Positions 13,600-24,642 of a DNA stretch of 64,000 nucleotides are shown one piece after another. Every line of letters begins with the position of its first letter. Position 1 is the stretch's first letter. A program made the translations under genes and the position numbers. Source of the DNA: Macrostomum lignano. Its lineage: Eukaryota. A model generated the notes under the pieces. That model did not search any database. It had not been told where the DNA came from and saw nothing but the letters and a program-made list of their open reading frames with translations. The stretch is from NCBI GenBank assembly GCA_002269645.1, contig NIVC01001189.1, forward strand, positions 1-64,000. The letters run 5' to 3'.

Positions 13600-13760
13600 C
13601 TGTGCCGTGTTGGTTCGCCGTCATGGGAGTGAATCGCACGACAATCTCCCGTTCAATTTTCGCTTACAAGACCCAAAGTAACTGTGGCCTGCGCACGGAT
13701 TCGAACCAGGAGGTTTGACGCGAGGGCCAGATGCGCTTACCGTTGAAGCTGCTCCGCCCC
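13600..13760 (-). mobile_element. tRNA-derived SINE head or fragment
   Basis: Minus strand shows an A-box-like AGCTTCAACGG and a perfect B-box GGTTCGAATCC (13697-13707), with no proper cloverleaf. The 3' boundary is approximate. Confidence 0.6.
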
Positions 13761-14243
13761 TCAATATTGCCAGCAAATTTAGACATATTCTATTTTGGCT
13801 ACTATCAATAGTCGTTGGGGCAGTGTCATCCTATACGAGAAACGTATAGCTACATCTAGAATATAGAAGACCACCTTCCAGGAATATGAATGCAACTAGT
13901 GAAAATCATGTGATCATGGCAGCCAGTGATGCCACTAGTGATGAAGCACGGCCTCCAGGTTTAGAGAGATGCTCAAGCTTCCGAATAAGTCCTGACGCTT
14001 TGAGGCTCTTTGGCTGCACCAAATTTATACTCGTACGTCAAAAAGCTATGAAAATGTAATTCAACGTAAAAATATTAGCAACTGCGAAATGACTATTACA
14101 GCAAGAGGCGAATAGAGGGACAGCATCATAACTTGACTTGACTTAGCTGCAGGGGGCGTCCGGCGGATGCAGCGAGGAGGCGGAGGAGACCGCCCATTCC
14201 GCTAGCCCCTGGCGACCAACGACTTCCGTTGAAGTGGTGTCGC

Positions 14244-17200
14244 TCAGGGGGACCCGTCGGTCTCGCCTGCAGCGCGGTCCTCCTCACCGACGGTGGGGAA
14301 GAAATCAGCTCGTCCGGTGTCCCTGAGGTACCGGGCGAGCAGTGGGATGCTCTCGGGCCTGCAAACGTCGGAGAGAACCGGGTTTGGCCCGAGGTGAGTA
14401 AGCCTGGCCCTGGTGAAAACCGGGCAGTGGCAGATAAAATGCTCGGCGTTTTCACTGCCTGAGCGGCAGAAGGGGCACCGCTCCTCGGGTACTTGGCCCT
14501 GAAGGAAGCGGTGGCGAGAGAAGCAGCCATGCCCGGAGAGGGCCATGCTAACTGCTCTGAGGTCTCTGCGGTTGAGCCTGAGGAGGGCTCTACGCAGGAG
14601 AGGAGAGGGACAGGGGACGGCAGCACGGGATTGCCTACAATTCCGGGTGTCGTGCCACCTGCGGAGATGCTCGGAGTCAGCCCAGCGCTTAACGCGGGAA
14701 TTGATCACCGAGGCGGGGATGGGGGCACCCGGGCCCGGCCCCAATAGCGCGCCGGCGGAGCCAGCCTTGGCCAGCAGGTCAGCGCGCTCGTTGCCGAGGA
14801 AGCCGGCGTGGCCCGGGATCCATCTGAGCTCCACCTGGTTGCCTAGCGCAAGCCCGTTGAGCTGGGTGTTGCAGTCCAGGACGGACCTGGAGCTGGCGGT
14901 GCTGCGGCAGAGGGCCCGAAGGGCTGCTTGGCTGTCAGAGTGAAAAATAAATTTCCGGCCGCTAAGCTGCCTTCGGCGCAGCTCTGCCGCGCAGGAGCTG
15001 ATGGCAAGCACCTCGCTCTGAAAAACACTGGAGTTGAGCCCAGTGTGCTGGGAGTAGCTCCACACCACTTCTCCCTTGAAGAAGACGCAAGCTCCGAAGC
15101 CTGAAAGACCATGCCTCATAGAGCCGTCAGTGTAACAGTGGACTTCAGAGTCGCTCCAGCTGTCACTCGCCTCGTGTCGAGGCTGAATGGTGACCTTATA
15201 CCTTTGGCTCAGGAGAAGGGTGGCTGGGATCGAGTCCGTGAGGATGTTGAGCCCGCCACACTCCTCGAGAGCCTTGAGGCAGAGGTCAGAGTGCGGGATA
15301 AGCGACCGCTTCTTAAAGGCCCGCACTTTCTTGAAGGCCACCCCAGCATCCAGAAGACGCCGGGTGCTCTTCGCCGCCTCTCCTTTGATATAAATATCCA
15401 AAGGAGGGGCACAGAGGAAGGCATTCATGCCTTCAAAAGGAGTAGAGGGTGGAGCGCCCATAGTCATGCGGCAGGCTCTGCCCTGGATTTTGTAGAGAGC
15501 GTCGAGGTTGCTCTTGACGCTCAGGCCGCTAGCCCACACGAGGCTGGCGTAACTGATCGAGGGGCGGATGATGGCAGTGTAAATCCACCACAGCTTCCTG
15601 GGGGTGAGCCCCCAGGTGGTGCCCACGGCGCGCCTGATCTGAGCCAGTACAGCCAGGGCTTTTTTGGCTTTAGTTTGAATGTGCGGAGTCCAGTTAAGCC
15701 TGTGGTCCAGAGTGAGGCCCAGGCAGCGGACCTGCTTCTCCATGGAAATATTCTTTCCATAGAGGGTGAGGGGCTTAATGGTCCAGAGCAGTTTGTTGGT
15801 AAACATGACTGCTGTGGTTTTCGACTCTGAGAGTCTAAGGCCACATTGGTCTGCCCAACGCTCCGCTCGTCCCAGAAAGCCCTGCAGAAGGTCTCTGATG
15901 GTATCAACCGAGGGGCCCGCGCATATCGCGGTCACATCATCGGCATAGCCCACCTTGAGAATGGGGTCGTGGAGATCACTGCAAAGCAACTCATCCATGA
16001 CCATGTTCCAGAGAACGGGGGTGAGAACGCCGCCCTGGGGGCCCCCTTTCAGGACAGGCACCGAAAGAGAGCTGCCGCTCAGGTGGGCCACAACAGTGCG
16101 GTTTCGGATCATGAACATGATCCACCGGACAAGGTGAGGGTGCGTGGCCCTGGATTCCAGGGCTCTGCAAAAGGCCTCGAAGATGACGTTGTCGAAGGCC
16201 CCCTCAATGTCCAGGAAAAGCGAGAGGGCAAAGCCGCTGCCAAGAACGGCCCTCTCCAGGAAGTCAACAATGACATGGAGAGCACTCTCGGTTGACCTGC
16301 CCGCGCGGAAGGCGTGCTGGTTCTGCGAGAGTGGGAAGCGCTTCAGCTCGACCGAAAGTAGGCGCCAAAGCACCAGTCTCTCGAGGAGCTTGAGGCAGAA
16401 AGAAGTGAGGCTGATAGGCCTGAAGGCCTTCACCGATTGGTAGTCGCTCTTTCCAGGCTTGGGGATAAAGACCACCCGGGCCTCTCTCCATGCAACTGGT
16501 ACATAGCCCAGCTCCATACAAGCTCGAAGGAGACGACAGAGCAGGTCCAGGAAGCGGTGGTTTTTCACCGCCTCGTGCAAGAACGCTGGGTAGATGCCGT
16601 CGGGCCCAGGCGCCTTGAACGGGTTAAAGGACCTTGCCGCTCTAATAATGCGGTCTTTGGTGATCATAGACTTTGCTAGGCCTTGCCCTCCCACTGTGTG
16701 GTCGGGCGGGCCCTGCTGAGTCGGAGATTTAGGGAAAAAACTGTTGAGCATGAGCTCTAGAGTCTCTTCCGAACTCTCTGTGACCGAGCCGTCAGGTCTC
16801 TTCACAACAGAGAGTTTAGAAAAACGGTCATTAGTGAGTGCCTTAACCACGCGGGCTACGGGGCGAGAGCCCTCAAGCCCTTCGCAATATTGGCGCCACT
16901 TGGCCGTCTTGGCCCTTCTGACTTGGCCCTTAAACTCGTGGATCGCACGGGTATAGGCCTCTCTGTCAGATGGGTCTTTGGTTTTGAGCGCTCGCCTTTG
17001 GAGGGTCCTGGCTCGGCGCCGAAGGGCCCCGAGCTCTGGGTTCCACCAGGGAGCAGTTTTTTTGCCTTTATAGGCCTTTAGGGGGCAGGCTGCTTCAAAG
17101 GCAGTGGTGATCGCCCCGCCCAGGGAGGAGGCGAGATCGTCCACCACCTGGCAGTCAGAGAGGTCACTGGGGGGTCAAGATCCCGAAGGCCGCGGCTCAG

Positions 17201-17946
17201 CTTCGAGCCAAAGGCGGCCCAATCGGTGTTCTGACGTTCCGACTCCAAGTGACCTTAGGCTTTTGCTTGGTCGGCCCAATGCAAAAGCGGATAAAGCGGT
17301 GGTCCGAGAGCGAGTCCTCGTCCCACACTCGCCAGCCCGTAACTGCGGAAAGCAGTCCGGGTGAGGCGATGGTGGTGTCGATGACTTCGGCCCACCGCCC
17401 ATTATTGAACGTTGGTGCATTGCCCACGTTACAGAAGTTGAGGTTAGTGCTGCTGACATAGGCCAGCAGCTCCTCGCCTCTGCTATTGATGTTCTTGCTG
17501 CCCCAATGCAGGTGGTGTGCGTTCACATCCCCTGCAATGAGCAGCTCGAACCGATGGGACGCAGCATAGTCAGTAAGGTTGACTAACGCGTCGCAGACAA
17601 CTGGGGCATCGCCCGGGAAATAGGCAGAAGCTACCAGCACAGGTTTATTGGGAATGAGGTTATTGATTTGAACAACACAGATGTCCCCAGTCGAGAGATC
17701 AGGTCTCATCCATGCCTCAAAAGCTTTTGCAGCAAAGACCAGAGATCTTGGGCGAGGCTGAGAGCCCGCCATGCAAAAACAGTGGTAGCCAGATGGCACA
17801 TTATTTGGCTTACCTTTAGTCATCCAGGGCTCCTGTACGAAGACCAGGCCCGGAAGCTGTTGCTCTGCCGTGCGCATCAGGTTGACCGACGCCGCCACGC
17901 AGTGCTGGGTGTTGATCTGCAGACACCAGGTAGTCGTTGGCATCAT
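14244..17946 (-). CDS. ORF2 polyprotein: APE endonuclease, reverse transcriptase, RNase H and C-terminal CCHC-like finger; two 1-nt frameshifts near 17230 and 17170
   Basis: APE motifs QINTQH, VQEPW, GDVNAHH, SDHR. RT motifs KAPGPDG, FRPISLTS, PQGGVL, YADD. RNase H motifs YTDGS, SEVLAI, HSDSQAA, WIPGH..GNERAD. Finger CPFC...EHFICHCP. Confidence 0.95.
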
Positions 17947-19658
17947 TGCAGATCGGATGTTGCAGCCGCCAGGAGTTCCTCCTCCTCCTCGGCGCTCACC
18001 GGCTTCGGGTCGGGGTCGCCGGTGTCCATGGGCTCTTCTTCAGCAAAAGGCCCCCGATTGGCCGGAAGGCAGTAGGCAGCGTTCGCCGCCCTTTGCCCAC
18101 CATCCATGGGGTCCTCCGCCTCAGATTGGCCCAATGCCCTGGAGCAGCCAGCCGCCTGGGCAGGCGGGTCCGTCTCCAGTCGGCCCTGCCCCGAGGGGTT
18201 GGGCCCAGCTGGGACGTCCCCACCCTCCCTGGACGAACTGGTGCGCCTAGGCGTCCCGGCGACCTCTCGCCTCAGCTGGGAGATTTTGGCGGTACGGACT
18301 GCCTCAGCTGCACGCTGGTACAGGCCGCGCCGCTTGGTGCTACGCGCCGGGCGTCGGTCGCCTCCGCCCTCAGCAGCGCGCTCAGCTTTGCCCGCGCGGC
18401 CGTGCTGCCGGGCAGGGCGGTTTGCTTTGGCAGTCTGAGCAGAGGCTTGCGCCTCGGCCCCGGCCGCCTCCGCATCCCGCCCGCCCTGCTCACTGCCACG
18501 GGGAGGGTCGGCCTCGTAGGAGCGGATGCGCAGCTTCCAAAGGCCGACGTTGATGAAGCTGCCGTGTGGATAACGCCTCATCCAGGCGTCCGACAGCCCC
18601 AGGATGGCTGTGAAGCCAGTGCCGTCGGTGCGCTTAAGGGTGTCATGCACCACTAGGCCCGCGGCGGGAAGCTCCCGGTTGACTGCTAGCAGTCCTTTCC
18701 GGAGCTCGTCAGCAGAGGTAACAACGCTCCTGGCCGGGACCCAGATTCGATGCCTCTTGGTCCGGGGGCGCTCGTCCTCTCTGCAGAAGGCTAGGTTGAG
18801 GTCCCAGCTCTGCTCGGGCAGCAGCTCAAGGAGCCGCCGACCCGAGTCAGCATCACTGGGCCAAATGAGAAGGCACGAGTCCCTCGTCGCATTCGAATGA
18901 ATGTTCAGAGGCGTGCCCTTCAGAGTTTGCTTCCACAGGAGGCCATCAACGGCACTTCTCACCTGCTTCAGCTGATCGGGAGACAGGCGCGCGTCCTTTC
19001 CCAGGATGACAACCGCCGGTTGCCTCTTTGCCGCATCAGCGTAGGAGGCCCGGGGGTCAGTGGAGCTTTCTTCAGGTGGGCTGTCCACCCTCCCGGCTGC
19101 ATCGGCCTCCCTATCCTGGGCAGGGGCTTCCGTGGGCTCGAGGCCCTCTTCCGCCACCGCCCCAGACTGGGAAGCTTCCGCTGCCGCGGGCCGTTGGCCC
19201 CTGGCACCGGTTTGGCTTCCGCCCTCCTTGGCCCGCCTCGCCTTGTTAAGTCGACGGCGGGCAGCTCCAGAGGTGGTGCTGCGTTTCTTAGCAGCTGGAG
19301 TAGCAGGTGTCTTCTCGGAGGCACCGCTCAGAGTTGGCTCCACGGGTCTCGCCGAGGCGTCCCCGATGGTAGCAGGTGGTATGGCCGAGGAGTCCACGGC
19401 CCCAGCCGAGGCCGGAGGCACTGTGTCATCCACAGCCGGTTTGTTACTTCGGTTAGAAGCCATTGGCTGGAAGTAAAAAGGTGGGACTTCCTGCAGAACA
19501 CAGGCAAAGAGCCGCAAGGCCGCAACCCCAAACCAAGCGGCAGGCCCCCAAAAAGCAAAATACCACCCTGCGGGGGACCCAAAAGCGCAAGGGGAACCGT
19601 TAGCGACCAGACTACTCCCTGGCCAAGCGTCCATCAGCACGGAGTTACACTGGGACAT
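17943..19658 (-). CDS. Retrotransposon ORF1 (gag-like, no CCHC knuckle seen; central region resembles DUF4780-type ORF1 domains)
   Basis: 571-codon ORF directly upstream of ORF2 within the TSD-bounded element. The true start may be internal (MASNRSNK). The domain call is from memory. Confidence 0.85.
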   Translation of the reverse strand: MSQCNSVLMDAWPGSSLVANGSPCAFGSPAGWYFAFWGPAAWFGVAALRLFACVLQEVPPFYFQPMASNRSNKPAVDDTVPPASAGAVDSSAIPPATIGDASARPVEPTLSGASEKTPATPAAKKRSTTSGAARRRLNKARRAKEGGSQTGARGQRPAAAEASQSGAVAEEGLEPTEAPAQDREADAAGRVDSPPEESSTDPRASYADAAKRQPAVVILGKDARLSPDQLKQVRSAVDGLLWKQTLKGTPLNIHSNATRDSCLLIWPSDADSGRRLLELLPEQSWDLNLAFCREDERPRTKRHRIWVPARSVVTSADELRKGLLAVNRELPAAGLVVHDTLKRTDGTGFTAILGLSDAWMRRYPHGSFINVGLWKLRIRSYEADPPRGSEQGGRDAEAAGAEAQASAQTAKANRPARQHGRAGKAERAAEGGGDRRPARSTKRRGLYQRAAEAVRTAKISQLRREVAGTPRRTSSSREGGDVPAGPNPSGQGRLETDPPAQAAGCSRALGQSEAEDPMDGGQRAANAAYCLPANRGPFAEEEPMDTGDPDPKPVSAEEEEELLAAATSDLQ

Positions 19659-20133
19659 TAGAGGGTGCGTTTATGGTCACACCAGGACCCGGCGCCAACG
19701 AATCAGCTCGGCAGGGCCCAAGGGGGCCTGCCTTAACACCCACGGGACGAGTACCCTTCGAAGTGCGCCTTGCAAGGTGAAAATCAGGAGACAGAGTCTC
19801 TTGAGCTATCAGCCCGCCAGGGGAGGCAGGTGTGAGCATCGCTGGCTGGGATAAAGGCCATACCAGTCTCATACTGCACAGATAGTTCACCACGCCATTA
19901 CGTGCAGGACCCGGGGTCCTGGGGGCAACAGCCCCGGCCAGCATCATAACGTTAAAGGCAGCTCGAATGTTGACCGAATGTTTCTAGGGGGAACCTTGTT
20001 CGATTTGAATATGACATAAAAATAATGATCCCGTTTGATAACTCAAGAAAATATTGATTTTGAATCTACCTACCTGTCTTCTATTTAATCAATAAAAAAC
20101 GTATAGTCGAAACGTAAAACCAATATAGTGAGA

Positions 20134-20335
20134 GGTGTACTCAGAAACATCAAAAAGTCGCCATCACAGAAGATTCCGTCTGTGGTCGCCACTTTTGAGA
20201 GTGCAGGTGAAGTCTCTCAATCTTTGCGAGTGACGCAACTCAGTTTTCTCGTATTTTTTTCAGAATAGTCCAAGAGAAACTGCTCACTACGGCGCATAGA
20301 GTGGCGACTTTTAAATGTTGCTGACATGAGTACAT
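20134..20335. mobile_element. Small MITE-like element with about 30-bp imperfect inverted termini
   Basis: GTACTCAGAAACATCAAAAAGTCGCCA at the left versus TGGCGACTTTTAAATGTTGCTGACATGAGTAC at the right. The TSD is unclear. Confidence 0.5.
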
Positions 20336-20392
20336 GCAGTGTAACTTATAGTCTCAGTTCGTATAAAACAAGATATGATGGACATTCAGAAA

Positions 20393-20829
20393 TCAATTAG
20401 GAGGATTCAAAGCTCGCTGTTGCCGCCGGTCCCTGGCTATGTAGCGCACAACCTGATGGCCAAGATTTTTATTACGCTGCATCTCCTGTTGACCTGTAGA
20501 AGTTGCTTCAGAGTAGACAGCAGCGGCGGCGGCGGCGGCGGCGGCGGCAGCGACGAGGGCCTCGTTATTTAGGCTGCCAAATCCGCTGTCGTTTGACTGC
20601 ATCAAGCTTATTATAGATGAAGATTCAGACGGATGCTGGCAGGGTTGATGACGCGATTTGCGTCGGTTCTTGAATCGTCTTCTACTTCGTTGCCGTGTCC
20701 TAGATCTGCCGATGAAGTCAAAGATGTTGAGCCTCCTTCATCTTCTGAACCATTTCGATCGACGCCATTAGCGACGTTGGGATCGATATTGGTGCTTGAT
20801 GGACGAAATTCATTAAGTTGAGAAGCCAC
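20393..20829 (-). CDS. Paralog B of 12323-12742, split by an apparent 1-nt deletion at about 20631
   Basis: Joining ORFs 20611..20829 and 20393..20605 with one added C (ATC C[C]G TCT) gives ...LTSSADLGHGNEV...NPASIPSESSSIISLMQSNDSGFGS...LGHQVVRYIARDRR, colinear with paralog A. The start codon is uncertain. Confidence 0.55.
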
Positions 20830-22623
20830 CGTTAGTTTTTTAGTTATTTAAACTAATATATCTTCAGGAGAAACTGCGATGGAGAAGAATGATGCAATAA
20901 CGTCGGATACAGAGACACAAACCAGCTCTCCAGATAAGAATATACACTCCTGTATTCTTGCTGTTTCCAAACCGCGAAGTCTTCTCTCTGTTTATTTCTT
21001 TTCTGCCTTTCTTTTATTGCCATCATCTTGTTAAAATTCAGGGTAGTAGCTCGTACGAGCTATTTGTACTGAGAATTGCTGGCAATTTAATAGAGTTAAA
21101 TGGTTGTTTCAAACGAACAGGAGTAGCAAAACTTTGCGTTTGTGTGTTACGAGCTCGTAACGTCCATAAAAAAGCTATTTCGAGTTCAAAAGATTTGTGC
21201 ACGTTAAGACATATCGTAAGTACAGTGTACACCATAACTTTCGAACGAGATCCGAGTATATCAGACAGTTAGCTCTTAATTTAGCCAGTTTTCAATCGAT
21301 TAGCAATGCGCTTTTGGAAATTTCGCTCGATTACCCCTTAAAATTTTAGACGTTTTTTATTTATCGATATGCAACATCGTGTCAAGTACAGGCAGCTTGA
21401 AAGTTGAAGTAAATTAGCAGATTGAATAATAGCTATACAAGACTTTCTAAAAAATCAATACGCCACTTTTGCACTTTGTAATTCGGGAAGGAATGTGAAG
21501 AAATAGTAGAATTACCTATAGACCAGGAGCTTCAGGCTCAGAATGGAACGAATTTTTCAAAACAACTACACGTTCAATTTCAGTCCTATTTGTGGGATTG
21601 GCTCCGGTCTATACCTCTATTCCAGGTATCAAGAAATGCCACATGGCCAGATCCACAGTGTCGATTGAACTAGCAATACATGTATAATAGTGTATGTTGT
21701 ATTACTTGAATACGGTGCATCAACTGAATTTTAGAGAATGTGCAATTTAGGGAATGTGCAATTTAGGGAATGTGCAAGCTTGGGGAAATTGTGATTTAGG
21801 GAATGTGAAATTTAGCTCCCTCACTTTCAAAAAACATCCGAAAATGCACGGCTGGAAATAAAACTCAGAGACTTTAAAGACATGCAAATCCATACACTTC
21901 TATAATAGAGAATCAGTATGAGAGATGCAGTTTCCCAAATACGCTGCTGTTAATAAAAAGATACAGCGATAGTTTGCTAAACCGACCCGGGCAAAATAAG
22001 CCCCCAAATTGAGAAGAGAAGAGGTAAAGTAAAAACAAGCCGAGAGAGAGACAGGGTAACCGGGAGGCGGGCCGCCAGCCGGGCAGGAAAAACGCGACAG
22101 AAAAGCAACTCCAAAACGCTGACAGGGGAGTAGCGAGAAAGGAAGCGAAGGAGGGAAAGGGAGTCAGAAAACGCGGAGGGGGGTTTACGCTAGCTCGTAC
22201 CAGGTTTAGAGAGGAATCGTTTTCAACGCTTAATCTTCATATTCTTCATATTCTTCTAAGTAGGCAATGAAATAAACCCCGTGATACTATAGTCCTCAAG
22301 TTAGTGACTTGGGAGTAGGGGGGGGGTCGCAGGACAGACTTGATCTGGCTGCCTCTCTAACCCTAAAAGCATTAAAACAGCAACGGCCGTTGAGGGGAAT
22401 GGGGAACGCTGCCATGCATTACGGCTAACAGGTTGGATGCTCGCACACATGTAAGTCGGCATTTATTGGCAGCTCTTCCAGCTCCCTCTGTTCTCTCTCT
22501 TCTGCTTGGTCAGCGGAAAGGGAGAGAATGGGAAAGAAAAGACGGAAGGATAGAAAAATATTTATATATACCTGAAATAGCTATAGCTAAAATAGAAGCC
22601 AATCGGACAGAATACAAATAAAA

Positions 22624-22817
22624 ATGGCTGGTTACTTCGCTGCGGGTCCCAGCGTCGAAGTCGCGGACCTGGCGCCACGCTGCCTGCTCTGGAGGTGGAA
22701 CTTGAACAACCCGGACCAGATCAGCGTCGGGCGCTGTTGGCTGGCAGCCACGGCGACATCGAGCTGGCAGGTTCACCTGAAGGAGAAGGCGGCAGCCATG
22801 GCCAGAGTGGCGCCTAA
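22624..22817 (+). pseudogene. MAGYFAAGPSVEVADL small-ORF family, copy 1 (1-nt deletion at 22671/22672; about 64 aa if restored)
   Basis: Colinear with 25493-25780 once one A is restored (CTG [A]GC GCC ACG CTG CCT). Both end in SGA-stop. Confidence 0.6.
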
Positions 22818-23634
22818 AAACTTTACGAGCATATAAACTCCATGAAAAAAGCATTTGATTTGTTTAATCAGGTATTAGTAGTAATAGTAAAGGAATGTTA
22901 TGTACATGTGCTCTCAATTCTCACGCTTCGTGTGAGGGTTTGATTTTGTTGTTCTTGGACTGAACCTGGCCGGCTTGTCTCTCAATTTACTACAGCTTTC
23001 AATTAAACAAATATTATTCATTCAAAGCTTTGATTAAGGTATGTACAATAAGGCCCGAAGCGGAAGCCATATCACCCGAGTGACTATAGCTTTAAGGAAC
23101 AAAAAGCTCCTTGATTGAGACATGCTAGATAGTACTTCGTATAGCACACGGTTCCGGCGATACGCTCGCACCAGTACGCTCGTACTCCAGTTTCTATGTG
23201 CAAGTTTAGTGTCAAAAATCATATCACATGATCCTGTCAGATGCCACAGCTTAGAAATTGAAATAATGGGCCCGTATAGGGCAGGGGCAGGGATAATCTA
23301 TCTAGATTTTCCGCTGTGTATAGAGTATGGCACTGCTCGTGTCTTGTCTAGTTCTTGTGGCAGGGGCAGAGAGGCGGCGGGTGCAAAGCGGCATATTTCT
23401 CTTCTAACTAGACTTAAAGCGACTAAAATTCCCACGGAGTCTCCACCCGCCCTCCCCACCCGTAAAAATCCCCACCCGCCCTCTCTCCTAGTAAGTGTCT
23501 GCAATCTGCATGAAGTGCATGAGCATGCCCGAGAGTCCAAGTGAAAAGGAGGCGGGTGGGGCTGGGTCGGTGCATGGCTGGGTCGGAGCATGGCAGTATG
23601 AGCGGGGTAGGAAAAGCGGGGAAATTAAGCATAT

Positions 23635-24642
23635 TGTAGTGATCCGCTATTTAGTGGTAGGCGTCGCACCTTGTCAGCAGACCCTTGCCCTCGCCCTCGC
23701 CCTGGGTTGCTGTCTGCCGCTCTGGTCAGCTTCCCGCCTCCCTCCTTGTGGCTGTCTTTTGCTGCTCCCCTCGTTTTGCCCGTTTTGCCCCTTCGTTTCC
23801 CAGCCCTCAGCTTCTCTGCTGTGGGCTGTCGCTGTTTCGTCAGTGTCGGTTTCCTCTGCCATATGAGCTAGTCACATGACAGATCTCTCGTTCTTGGAGT
23901 CCTAAAGTGCAGTAAACATGTTTACTGCACTCGCTGATCCTGTTTACTGGGAGAGTCACGTGCTTTCGGTCCCTCCCTTCTCTAATGAGAGAGTGATTCA
24001 TGTTGCTAAATTTAGCAACTGAGTCACAGCCGCGTGTACTCTGCCCGGAAACCCCGAGTGACGTCAGTTCTAAAAATAGAATGAGTCACGAGGTCTTGTG
24101 CAATGGGACAGAGGTGAATCCCGCGCTATAAATAGGACCCCTCTCCCCTTGTTTCCGTCAAGGAGGTTCTGCGATTCTGACTATTCGTCTTCGGAGTCTT
24201 CTTCTTGTCAAGTTTTCCAGACTTCGTTCAGTTGCCCATTAAGCTATCTGTATTTGGCCTGACTAAACTTAGACGTCCAAGCCTAAAGAAGGCTAGCACT
24301 GCCTTCCCAACTACCCCCTGAGCCCGGCGGGATCTGCTGAACAGGACGCCTTGTTCATCAATCTGCAAATCTGCACGCTGTGCTGAGCTCGTTGACTTGT
24401 TTATTTCGTTCCAACGGGAGGCTCACCTCATCGAAGGCAGAGACCTGAAGGAACTGGTGGCAGCACTACCTACGCTACTGAAAGAGTTAAGAAGGCTTCC
24501 AGCAGAAGAGGCACGAGACTTGGGTAAACTTAAGGGCCTAAGCCGGGAAGCGAACAGCAAGTACTTCACTGGTGGCAGCAGTGGGATTCAAAGACCTACC
24601 AGGCCACCTCGAGACAACCCCGAAAAACAGCGTAATACTTAA
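23635..24642 (+). mobile_element. About 1-kb insertion, probable degenerate solo LTR
   Basis: Absent from the paralogous site (about 27025-27050, AAGCTTATCGTA). It starts TGTAGT and has a possible 4-bp TSD ATAT/TTAT. It contains TATAAATA (24127) plus AP-1, CRE and E-box motifs. The 3' end does not read CA. Confidence 0.5.
23906..24134 (+). promoter_or_regulatory. Dense enhancer/promoter motif cluster (forkhead palindrome, E-box, 2x AP-1, CRE, TATA)
   Basis: AGTGCAGTAAACATGTTTACTGCACT 23906-23931; TGTTTAC about 23941; CACGTG 23957; GTTGCTAAATTTAGCAAC 24002-24019; TGAGTCA 24020 and 24082; TGACGTCA 24059; TATAAATA 24127. Confidence 0.55.

Larger units (their letters stand above)
14133..19938 (-). 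mobile_element. Full-length non-LTR retrotransposon (ORF1 + APE-RT-RNaseH ORF2), LOA/R1-I-group-like
   Basis: 12-bp TSD CAGCATCATAAC at 14121-14132 and 19939-19950. The 3' tail is short (AAGTC)n repeats, and both ORFs are present. Confidence 0.96.

Noticed and set aside
13680-13760. tRNA gene (also 51795-51870)
   Set aside because: A and B boxes are present, but no acceptor stem or cloverleaf can be formed; these fit SINE heads better.
14126-19947. Numerous overlapping and antisense ORFs across the LINE
   Set aside because: They are shadow ORFs expected in GC-rich coding DNA and carry no domain motifs.
22624-22650. Reaper/Hid/Grim IAP-binding motif at MAxYF
   Set aside because: The register is one residue short and position 2 (G/D) does not fit A-[VTI]-[PA]-[FY].
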